This document shows, piece after piece, positions 56,055 to 64,000 of a DNA stretch of 64,000 nucleotides. This DNA comes from Candidatus Marinacidobacterales bacterium. GTDB lineage: Bacteria > Acidobacteriota > Vicinamibacteria > Marinacidobacterales > SMYC01. Numbering within the stretch: the stretch's first letter is position 1; each line of letters opens with the position of its first letter. The stretch covers positions 2,876,671-2,940,670 of the forward strand of contig OZ240210.1 in assembly GCA_965197495.1 (NCBI GenBank), read 5' to 3'. The notes below the pieces were generated by a model. The model was not told the origin of the DNA. It did not search any database and saw only the letters and a program-made list of their open reading frames with translations. The position numbers were made by a program, and so were the translations under genes.

Positions 56055-57263
56055 TCAGCTTCTCGTGACATCGCGCAATACCCGCAAGAAGTTCTCCCCG
56101 AGGATCTTCTCGACATCCTCGTCGCTATAGCCTCGTTCGAGCAGTATCTCCGTGAGATCCGGATACTGGGTGACGTCCTCGAGCCCGATCGGCGCGACGT
56201 CGATGCCGTCGAAATCGGAGCCGAGACCCACGTGGTCCGCGCCAACGAGCCCGACGACGTGGTCGATGTGATCCGCCACTGCCTCGATCGTGGGCGGTGG
56301 GATCTCCGATTCGCTGCTGCGGGCGAAGGCGAGATGGCGCTCGCGAGCGAACTCATCGAGCCGTTCGGGGTCGCGCTCTTCCGGCACGCTGAAGGTCTTC
56401 ACCACGCTACCACCGCGCGCCGCTTCCCGTTTCTCCATGTATTCCTGGTCGAGAAACTCGGGATAGAAGTTGATCCCAATAACACCACCGTTCTCGCCCA
56501 CGGCCTCGATCATCTCGTCGCTCATGTTGCGCGCGTGATCGCAAAGAGCGCGGCACGAGGAATGCGACGCGATCACGGGTTTCGTCGTGATGCGCATCAC
56601 GTCCCAGAACGTTTCGTCAGAAACGTGGGATATGTCGACGATCATCCCGATGCGGTTCATCTCCCGAACGACGTCCTCCCCGAAAGGGCTGACGCCGTCG
56701 AAGCGCGCGACGTCCGTCGAGGAGTCCGCCCAATTATTGGTGTTGAAATGGGTCAAGGTCATGTAGCGGACACCGAGGCGGTGGAACATTCGCAGAACAC
56801 CAAGATCGTCCTCGATACCGAGGCCGCCCTCGATGCCCATGAGGGCGGCGAGCTTCCCCTCAGCCACGATGCGCCGAACATCCGCGGTGGTCGTCCCGAG
56901 CTCGATGCGATCGGGCGCGGCGTCCAGGAGCCGATAGAGCGCGTCGATCTGCTGCAAGACCCGGCGCGCCGAATGATCGGATCCGTAGATCGGATCCGGC
57001 CAGACGGAGAAGAACTGCGCGTCGATGCCGCCTTCGGCGAAGCGGTGCAGATCGGAATGGCCGTCGGACAAGCGCGCGCGGATGTCGACGTCCTCGTTGA
57101 CCATGCGCTGCAGGATGTCGTTATGCGTATCGACGAGGATCGATCGCGTGTGAACGTCAGCGTCGACGGGCTCGGGCGTAGGGGCGGGCTCGGGCGAGGC
57201 GTAGGCGATCGCGGCCAGAACAAGAAACAAGGGAATCACGAATCGGCGTGTCATAATGGTCAT
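56055..57263 (-). CDS. Membrane dipeptidase (peptidase family M19, renal-dipeptidase-like) with a signal peptide
   Basis: [28 protein letters not shown], and HSSCRAL / GSDFDG metal-ligand blocks are present. The start codon at 57263 or 57254 lies inside the 912-aa ORF-track entry, whose upstream 500 codons are antisense to typA. Confidence 0.8.
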   Translation of the reverse strand: MTIMTRRFVIPLFLVLAAIAYASPEPAPTPEPVDADVHTRSILVDTHNDILQRMVNEDVDIRARLSDGHSDLHRFAEGGIDAQFFSVWPDPIYGSDHSARRVLQQIDALYRLLDAAPDRIELGTTTADVRRIVAEGKLAALMGIEGGLGIEDDLGVLRMFHRLGVRYMTLTHFNTNNWADSSTDVARFDGVSPFGEDVVREMNRIGMIVDISHVSDETFWDVMRITTKPVIASHSSCRALCDHARNMSDEMIEAVGENGGVIGINFYPEFLDQEYMEKREAARGGSVVKTFSVPEERDPERLDEFARERHLAFARSSESEIPPPTIEAVADHIDHVVGLVGADHVGLGSDFDGIDVAPIGLEDVTQYPDLTEILLERGYSDEDVEKILGENFLRVLRDVTRS

Positions 57264-57266
57264 CCA

Positions 57267-59102
57267 TTGCAAAGCACCGAGAATATCAGAAACATCGCCA
57301 TCATCGCGCATGTCGACCACGGCAAGACGACACTCGTGGACGCGCTGCTCCATCAAAGTGGTGTGTTTCGAGAGAACCAGGCGGTCCGCGAGCGAGTCCT
57401 CGATTCCGGCGAACTCGAGCGCGAGCGGGGCATCACGATCCTCGCGAAAAACACCGCCATCATGTACCGAGGCGTCAAGATCAACATCGTCGACACCCCA
57501 GGACACGCGGATTTCGGCGGCGAGGTCGAGCGCGCGCTCAGCATGGTGAACGGCGTGATGTTGCTCGTCGATGCCAGCGAGGGACCGCTCCCGCAGACGC
57601 GCTACGTCTTGGGAAAAGCGCTCGCTCTCAAGCTTCCCTTGCTGCTTATCGTGAACAAGATCGACCGGCAGGACGCGCGCGTCCAAGAGGTCGTGAACGA
57701 GGTCTTCGATTTGTTCATCGACCTCGACGCGACCGAAGAGCAGCTCGACTTTCCGATCTTGTACGCGAATGCGCGCGCGGGAACGCTCCGCGGCAACCCC
57801 GAGGGGCCCGAGGGCCCGGAAGGAGAGGATTCGGATCTCCGTCCGATGTTCGACGCGATCCTCGAGAGCTTGCCCGCGCCGAACGGAGACGCCGAGGGCT
57901 CGCTTCAGCTCATGGTGTCGAATCTCGACTACAGCGACTATCTGGGGCGGCTCGCGATCGGCCGCATTACGCGGGGAACGCTGACGGTCGGGGACGACGT
58001 CAGGATCGCCAAAGCGGATGAGAGCATCCAGAAGACCCGCATCACCAAGCTCTTCACGTTCTCCGGTCTCGAGCGCGTCTCCGCCGACGCGGTCGGGGCG
58101 GGGGATATCGTGTGCCTCGCAGGGGTCGAAGGGATCGCGATTGGCGACAGCGTTGTCGACGTGGAAGCGCCCGAGCCGCTCCCCCGGCTCCGGATCGACG
58201 AGCCCACGCTTTCTATGGTCTTCTCCGTTAACTCGTCCCCTTTTGCGGGGAACGAAGGCGAGCACGTGACGTCCCGAAAAATCCGGGAGCGGCTCGAAAA
58301 AGAGCTCTTGACGAACGTGTCGCTGCAGATGGAGGACACTGATACGGCGGACGCGTTCAAGGTCTATGGCCGCGGTGAGCTCCAGCTCGCTATCCTCGTC
58401 GAGACGATGCGCCGTGAAGGCTACGAGCTCACCCTCGCGAACCCCGAGGTCATCACGAAGGAAATCGACGGTGTTAAGAAGGAGCCGTTCGAGATCTTGC
58501 TCGTCGACGTGGCCGAGGCTTATCAAGGCGTCGTCGTCGAGAAGCTCGGCATCCGTAGGGGTCAGATGACGCACATGATCAATCATGGCTCGGGGCGCGT
58601 GCGGCTCGAGTTTCGTTTGCCGTCGCGAGGGCTCATCGGGATCCGAAGCGAGCTTCTCGCCGATACGCGTGGAACAGCTGTCTTGAATACGCTCTTCGAC
58701 GGCTATGACGATTGGCAAGGCTCCGTTCCCAAGAGGCTGATGGGGTCTCTCGTTGCGGACCGTCGCGGGAAGTCGACGGCTTACGCGCTGCACAATCTCG
58801 AAGATCGCGGCGAGCTTTTCATCGGGCCCATGAGGGAGGTCTATGAAGGCATGGTCGTAGGGGAGAATTCCCGTCCGGCCGATTTGGATGTCAACGTCAC
58901 CCGCGAGAAAAAGCTCACGAACATGCGCTCGTCGACGTCAGAGATTGCCGTGAAGCTCACGCCCCATCGCGAGCTCAATCTCGAGCAAGCGATCGAGTTC
59001 ATTCGGGGCGACGAGTTCGTCGAGACTACGCCGAAATCGATTCGACTCAGAAAACGGATCCTCGCCGCGAACCGGCGCCCCAAACGGCGTACGGATCTGT
59101 AA
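57267..59102 (+). CDS. typA: Translational GTPase TypA/BipA; the only in-frame start candidate is TTG 57267
   Basis: [23 protein letters not shown]...[13 protein letters not shown]...[17 protein letters not shown]...NKIDR is colinear with BipA for about 610 aa. The 956-aa ORF-track entry is a long 5' open extension with no ATG. Confidence 0.85.
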   Translation: MQSTENIRNIAIIAHVDHGKTTLVDALLHQSGVFRENQAVRERVLDSGELERERGITILAKNTAIMYRGVKINIVDTPGHADFGGEVERALSMVNGVMLLVDASEGPLPQTRYVLGKALALKLPLLLIVNKIDRQDARVQEVVNEVFDLFIDLDATEEQLDFPILYANARAGTLRGNPEGPEGPEGEDSDLRPMFDAILESLPAPNGDAEGSLQLMVSNLDYSDYLGRLAIGRITRGTLTVGDDVRIAKADESIQKTRITKLFTFSGLERVSADAVGAGDIVCLAGVEGIAIGDSVVDVEAPEPLPRLRIDEPTLSMVFSVNSSPFAGNEGEHVTSRKIRERLEKELLTNVSLQMEDTDTADAFKVYGRGELQLAILVETMRREGYELTLANPEVITKEIDGVKKEPFEILLVDVAEAYQGVVVEKLGIRRGQMTHMINHGSGRVRLEFRLPSRGLIGIRSELLADTRGTAVLNTLFDGYDDWQGSVPKRLMGSLVADRRGKSTAYALHNLEDRGELFIGPMREVYEGMVVGENSRPADLDVNVTREKKLTNMRSSTSEIAVKLTPHRELNLEQAIEFIRGDEFVETTPKSIRLRKRILAANRRPKRRTDL

Positions 59103-59144
59103 ACGACGCGGAAGTGTCCATAGAGAAATAAGGTAGACTTCTTT

Positions 59145-59948
59145 TTGCGCTCTTTGTGGACCCAATATGTCGTCGACGTCCGCGCGAAAGTGGATTCAGA
59201 GATCGAGCCCGGCGGGGAGCGTCGCGTCGTCATCATTCTTCTGACTGCGGTCCTGTGTCTGTTCGTCATTCGCTTTGCGGGGGCGTCCGACGAAACGCGC
59301 TGGCTCTCGTCCCTGATGGAGCTCATAGGGTTCGGCACGCTCGCGGATCGGTTGCGATTTGCGCTCGAGGGCTCTCCCAGCGCACGGATGAATCATCTCG
59401 TCTACTGGGCTCTTTGGCGCATCGTGGGCTACGTGATCCTGCCGGTGCTCGTTATCCGAGGGCTTCTCGGCGAGCGCGTCAGCGATTTCGGCCTCAGCCT
59501 CCGCGGGACGTGGGCCTATGGCCGTTTCTATCTACTTCTGCTCCTGGGGGTCGCGCCGGTCGTTGTGCTGACCTCGTTCCATCCCGGGTTTCAGGCGAAA
59601 TACCCCTTCTACGCGCTCATCGAAGGTAAATCTCTCTGGCCCAGTTTTTGGATTTGGGAATTGCTCTATGCGCTGCAGTTCGTGAGCCTGGAGTTCTTCT
59701 TTCGGGGCTTTTTACTGCACGGGCTTTCGCGCCGCTTCGGTTACCTGTCGATTTTCATGATGATGGTGCCGTACATGATGATCCATTTTCAGAAGCCCGG
59801 GCTCGAAGCCTTTGGATCCATTATCGCGGGCTTCGTGCTCGGCACATTGGCCCTCGGAAGCCGCTCGATCTGGTGGGGTGCGCTTGCGCATGTGAGCGTC
59901 GCGCTCTCGATGGATCTCCTCGCCGTCTGGCACAGAGGTTTGCCTTAA
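59145..59948 (+). CDS. CPBP-family (CAAX/Abi) intramembrane metalloprotease
   Basis: It has EFFFRGFLL, the EExxxR motif, FxxxH (MMIHFQKP) and HVSVALSMD in a polytopic protein. Confidence 0.7.
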   Translation: MRSLWTQYVVDVRAKVDSEIEPGGERRVVIILLTAVLCLFVIRFAGASDETRWLSSLMELIGFGTLADRLRFALEGSPSARMNHLVYWALWRIVGYVILPVLVIRGLLGERVSDFGLSLRGTWAYGRFYLLLLLGVAPVVVLTSFHPGFQAKYPFYALIEGKSLWPSFWIWELLYALQFVSLEFFFRGFLLHGLSRRFGYLSIFMMMVPYMMIHFQKPGLEAFGSIIAGFVLGTLALGSRSIWWGALAHVSVALSMDLLAVWHRGLP

Positions 59949-59950
59949 CC

Positions 59951-61081
59951 TTGAATCTTCGAAGCCTTTTTCTTCTCTGCGCGTTGTGCCTCTCGCTCCC
60001 GGGGGCGGCCATGCAGAACGAGGAGCCCGCAGTCGAAGAAAAGAAAAATCCGTTATTTCTACGATTGGCCTTTCAGCCGGGGTGGGTGGCGACCACGTCC
60101 GATTTCCTCGCGGGCGACAACCAGGCGGGCGAGCCGATCGAACATATCCAGGCGTTCAAAGTCGAGCTCGGCTGGCAAACGGACGGCGCCAAGGATTGGG
60201 AGCAGCGTTATCGACTTCCCGCTCTCGGGCTCGGCGTCTACAAGGCGAGCTTCGAAAACGGCAAAGAGCTCGGCGCGCCCGTGGCGCTCTATGGTTGGTT
60301 CACCTGGCCCATTTTCAACGTGACCCGCAAGCTCGACGTCACGACGGATTTGAGTTTCGGTGCGGCGTTCAACTGGAAACCGTTCGACCCCGAAGTAAAT
60401 CCGGCGAATGACGCGGTCAGCACGCGGGTGACGTTCTTCACCGAGTGGGGGCTCCTAGCGCGCTACGCGTTGACGCCCAGGCTCGACTTGATGGCGGGTG
60501 GGATGTTCACGCATTTCTCGAACGGAGGAGCGGGCTTCCCCAACCTTGGCGTCAACGCGCTGACGCCGATCGTCCGCGTCGGCTATCACTTCCAAAACGA
60601 CCGCCCTCGCTACGTCCCCCGAGACCTTCCGCCGTTCGAGCCGTTCTGGGAGATGACGCTTGCGGGAGGTGCGGGGTGGAAGAACGTCGCGCTCGAGGAA
60701 GAGCGGGAATACTTCGGCGTCTTTGCCGCGACTTTCGAGCTCGGACGTCACGTCTCCAGCATGGGGAAGCTCGTGGGCGGCGCCGATTGGACCTACGACG
60801 ACGCGGCCAATGCGGGCCTCGACGAGGTCTCGAGCTCGGACAAACTGGCGGTCGGTCTGTTCGGCGGCTACGAGCACCTGATTGGCCGCTTCTCCATCCC
60901 TTTCTCGGTCGGTTACTATATTGCTCGAGGCCGTGAAGACGACCGGCTCCCAGCGCTCTACCAAAAGATCGGCTTGAAATATCACGTCACCGACAGACTA
61001 TTCGTCGGTCTAAAAATGCGGTTCTACAACTTCACTAAAGCGGACTTCGTCGAGTGGACCCTGGGCTACGACTTCCCGTAG
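59951..61081 (+). CDS. PagL-like lipid A deacylase / acyloxyacyl-hydrolase-family outer-membrane beta-barrel; probable TTG start
   Basis: It has a signal peptide NLRSLFLLCALCLSLPGAA and the HxSNG-type catalytic block FTHFSNGGAG. The ORF-track start at 59648 overlaps the preceding gene. Confidence 0.45.
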   Translation: MNLRSLFLLCALCLSLPGAAMQNEEPAVEEKKNPLFLRLAFQPGWVATTSDFLAGDNQAGEPIEHIQAFKVELGWQTDGAKDWEQRYRLPALGLGVYKASFENGKELGAPVALYGWFTWPIFNVTRKLDVTTDLSFGAAFNWKPFDPEVNPANDAVSTRVTFFTEWGLLARYALTPRLDLMAGGMFTHFSNGGAGFPNLGVNALTPIVRVGYHFQNDRPRYVPRDLPPFEPFWEMTLAGGAGWKNVALEEEREYFGVFAATFELGRHVSSMGKLVGGADWTYDDAANAGLDEVSSSDKLAVGLFGGYEHLIGRFSIPFSVGYYIARGREDDRLPALYQKIGLKYHVTDRLFVGLKMRFYNFTKADFVEWTLGYDFP

Positions 61082-61092
61082 GGTCAAGATAT

Positions 61093-62177
61093 TCATGCGG
61101 CTTCCCGATGGTAGAAACGGAGCAACCCGCCAAGCCGTTCACGGCACTGAATGGCGCCCTCTAGACCGTTAGTCTGAGCGATCGCGGACTCGGGGAACAA
61201 TAAGAGATTGTCCTTGCCTTGATGATTCCTCTCGTGGTGATAATGGGTGACGTACTCCTTCAGCGCGTGACGCAGCGAGTTCTCCCCGAACAAGATGAGC
61301 TTCGAGAGACATTCCTCTTTGACCGATCTCACCCAGCGCTCCGCGAACGCATTCAAATCCGGGCTCCGCGCGGGCAGCCTGATAGGCGTCACGCCAACGC
61401 CCTCAATGGTGTCCCGGAACGACTCGCAGAACTTGGAGTCCCGGTCGTGGATGAGATATCGGCTCGAGGAGAGAAAACCGATATCGGCCATGGTCACGTT
61501 GCGGGCCACTTGAATCATCCACGGTTCGTTCGGATGCGGCGTGATGCCGGCGATGTGGACGCGCCGGGTCGCGAGGTGCATGAAGAACAGAACGTAGTAC
61601 GTCACCAGCCCACCCTGAGTCCACACCTCCGCGGTGAAGAAGTCCGTCGCTGCAAGGACGTCCATATGCGAGCGGATGAACTCCGTCCAGGTGGTGGCCT
61701 TCTTTCGCTCAGGGGCAGGCGGTATGCCGTGACGTCTCAGAATGTTGCCGACGGTTTGGTCACTCACCTCATGCCCGAGCTTGGCTAACGCCCCGGCAAT
61801 CCGGTCGTAACCCCAGGACTTGTTCTCCTGGGCAAGACGCACCACCAACTCTTCGATGTCAGCGTCGACACGCGGCCGCCCTGGGTATTGACGGTTCTTA
61901 GAGCCGTCGAACTTCTTCGCCACAAGCCTCCGGTGCCAGCCCAGGAGCGTCTCGGGCTTCACAATATTCGCTACCACTTCGAGCGCCCGCTTGCCGAGAC
62001 GCTTTCCGATTTCAGCCAGTGTCCGCCGTTCGCCATCGGTCAAGCGCAAGCGACCCTTGATCTGATCCGAAGAATCCGATTCTCGACCACAAGATATTCG
62101 TTCCGCAGGAGAAGCTCCTCGTCCACGGATCCTGAGATATAGGCCAGCATGGTCTTCCAGTCCATCGCGACTCCTTC
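61093..62177 (-). pseudogene. IS481-family transposase, lineage 3 (about 60% identity to the 29578 copy), with a frameshift near 62040-62050
   Basis: The N-terminal 46 codons ([33 protein letters not shown]) at 62177-62040 continue as ...[19 protein letters not shown] in another frame. The rest has an intact DDE/rve signature (IHDRDSKF...YHHERNHQG). Element ends are at about 61085 and about 62400. Confidence 0.7.
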
Positions 62178-62421
62178 CGAAGGACTGGAATACCTATCCG
62201 ACAGGAAGGGTCGATTCAACCGGTCCGCGGGTCCGCGGATCCTGCTGACCCGGTTGTCGTTCGAGTATCTTGACCCTACGGGAATGTGAAGTCGCTCGGG
62301 GCGTAGAACGGTGTTGCCCTCGAGGTTGCCGGTCTTCTGGGTTGCTGAGGTGAAGGCCTCTGTTTCCAAGAAGAGCCCCGCCTTCGTCGGACGTGTTTCG
62401 ATGTGACTACGGCAGGTAACT

Positions 62422-62771
62422 TGGTGGAGGCGGCGGGAATCGAACCCGCGTCCGAAGATCTTCTTCCGAGGCCTCTACATGCGTGTCCGGTTCCCGTTAA
62501 GCTTCACTTCCAATCAGTTAGGAGCCGGCAAGGACCTGATGGAAGTTATCCCCTAAGTTTCGCTGGACACGCGGGGCGAATGTCCGGCTAGCCCACCTGA
62601 ATGACGTTCTTCCCGAGCACGGCGGGCGAAACCCGAGAGAACGTAGCCGGCTTACGCGGCTAGAGCTAACTCTTGGTCAGCAATTGTGTGTTTTCCCACC
62701 GTTTAACGAGGGATGGGAGCTCGGCATGCCACCTCGAAATCAATTATCTCCGTCGAACCCAGGGCGCCCCC
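62422..62771 (-). ncRNA. ssrA: tmRNA (ssrA), 350 nt, with predicted tag peptide ADQELALAA
   Basis: The minus-strand 5' end is GGGGGCGCCCUGGGUUCGACGG...GGUGGCAUGCCGAG, the tag ORF is GCUGACCAAGAGUUAGCUCUAGCCGCGUAA, and the 3' end is GGACGCGGGUUCGAUUCCCGCCGCCUCCACCA. Confidence 0.85.
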
Positions 62772-62986
62772 TTTCAAGTTCTTCTCCACATGTATTTTAG
62801 TCCGATCACCGGTTTCTCGCAAGGAGGCAGTCAGGGCCGCTCGCACGCCGCAACGTCTTTGTTCGTATTGACTTATGTGGAAGTAGGACACATAATGATT
62901 TACCGATTGAGGGGCAAGCGTATCCGGGCCGTTTTGTCGGCCTCAGATGTCTCTCTTAGCAGGACTTACACCACAGCTCCCGATGA

Positions 62987-64000
62987 GTGACGATCAACTC
63001 CGTGCCAAATCGCTAGCCGTGTTTCACGCGCTCGTGTCGACGTGGTCGAATGATCTCCGCGAGGAGGTCTCCGGTCTTCAAGACGAGCTCCTCAGGAAAC
63101 TCGATGTTCTTCAAGATCAGATGTCGAAGTACGAGGAGAACATCGACGAGGAACGCATTCTCGCTTTTGTGCGCGAGATCTCGAGCTTGGCCGGTGGCGG
63201 CGGTGGTGGTGACGGAGGAGGGAGTTCGCTCAAGAGCGTGCGCCAGTCGCTCACGAAGATCGACGGCGGCACGTCGCTGACCCAGGTGTTGACGCTGCTT
63301 CTCGCAGAGCTTGCTCAGTTCGCCCCGCGCGTCGCGCTGTTCATCCTCAAAGGGGGCTCTTGCATTGGTTGGAATGGACGCGGCTTCAACGACAGTCCCG
63401 GCTTCAACGACGAAGGCATCAAGCGCATCTCGGTTCCCACATCGGCCGATACCGTTTTCAGCGAAGTCATCAACTCGCGTGGTTCTTTTGTTGGTGAGAG
63501 CAACAAGCACTCGGACAATATCCAACTGCTCTCGCGTGTCGGCAACGTATTGCCTTCGTCCATCTTTGCCACGCCCCTCGTCTTGCACGATCGTATCGCT
63601 GCGATCGTCTATGCCGATAGCGGTGATGGTCCGGATCCACTCCAGGAGACGGCAGCGCTCGAGATCCTCACCGCTTATTCCTCGAAACTTCTCGATGCTC
63701 TGAGCGCTCAGAAATCTGCTGCCAAGACCGGCGAGCATTTGGCGCTACCGGCAACCCCGCCGCCACGGGCATCAGCCCCGCCGATCACTGAAGCGCCCGA
63801 CGTTCCCGACACAGGGGACGGAGGATCCGGGACGGTCATGTTCAATAGCGCGGATCTCGCTGCTCTCAGCCCCGCGACGGACGCCCCAAAGCCGACCGCC
63901 GCCGCTCCCGCCACAGGGGCGCCCAACTTGGACTCGATGGACTCGGACACCCGCAAGAAGCACGAAGAGGCCATGCGGTTCGCGCGCCTTTTGGTTTCCG
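62987..64000 (+). CDS. GAF-domain protein, 3'-partial because it runs off the window; absent from the ORF track because it has no stop
   Basis: MSDDQLRAKSLAVFHAL... then a Gly-rich linker, a GAF-like core (LTQVLTLLLAELAQFAPRVALFIL...PLVLHDRIAAIVYADS) and a Pro/Ala-rich tail. No stop occurs before position 64000. Confidence 0.55.

Noticed and set aside
56055-59102. Two very long overlapping ORFs on opposite strands (912 aa minus strand, 956 aa plus strand)
   Set aside because: Only the 3' 402 codons of the minus-strand ORF (the M19 dipeptidase) and the 3' 611 codons of the plus-strand ORF (TypA) carry family motifs. The remainders are antisense open frames, which are common in about 65% GC DNA.
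62403-62591. 62-aa ORF MTTAGNLVEAAGIEPASEDLL...
   Set aside because: GIEPA is the reverse-strand translation of the tmRNA T-arm (GGGAATCGAACCC), so this is an ORF across an RNA gene.
1-64000. CRISPR arrays, rRNA or tRNA genes
   Set aside because: No regularly spaced short direct repeats were found. The many repeats are dispersed IS and MITE relics. The only tRNA-like structure is the 3' domain of the tmRNA.

Overview
High-GC (~65%) bacterial contig, probably Myxococcota, judging by a DUF4388-J-domain-TPR protein, CotH, a spondin_N lipoprotein and a tmRNA tag ending ELALAA. The window has two parts.

(1) Positions 1-39,000 are an accessory region saturated with insertion sequences and their debris. 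It holds one IS256 element with an 8-bp target duplication, three lineages of IS481-like elements (one intact, the others frameshifted or truncated), two intact IS1634 transposase genes plus an internally deleted remnant, an intact IS5 element plus a fragment, and fragments of IS66, IS1 and IS21 (IstA/IstB). There are at least five solo IS481-type terminal inverted repeats and several families of short non-autonomous repeats (MITE-like, 40-440 bp) present in 2-9 copies. Cargo genes between them include a CotH-family protein with an inverted partial paralog, two outer-membrane beta-barrel proteins (TonB-dependent receptor, CBM9/DUF5916), a spondin_N lipoprotein, a GMC oxidoreductase with a Tat-signal small subunit, and a GT-C membrane glycosyltransferase. 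Three defence-type genes are interrupted or look like mobile cassettes: an uncharacterised two-gene module cut by IS256, a DUF499-like ATPase C-terminus truncated by a MITE, and an HNH (HNH_2-type) nuclease gene flanked by 37-bp direct repeats.

(2) Positions 39,000-64,000 are mostly housekeeping: MFS transporter, PlsC-like acyltransferase, S1-domain protein, PLP decarboxylase, class-V aminotransferase, CspA, VapBC, an ArsR-SRPBCC operon, an M19 dipeptidase divergent from TypA/BipA, a CPBP protease and a PagL-like deacylase. This part also holds an AlkA-like gene with two in-frame TAG codons, a frameshifted and truncated 2OG-Fe(II) oxygenase, and a GIY-YIG-AraC HTH fusion. It ends with an IS481-like element abutting the 3' end of a tmRNA (ssrA) gene and a GAF-domain gene running off the window.

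No CRISPR array or rRNA was seen. Every assignment below is from reading motifs in the supplied translations and sequence; no database search was run.
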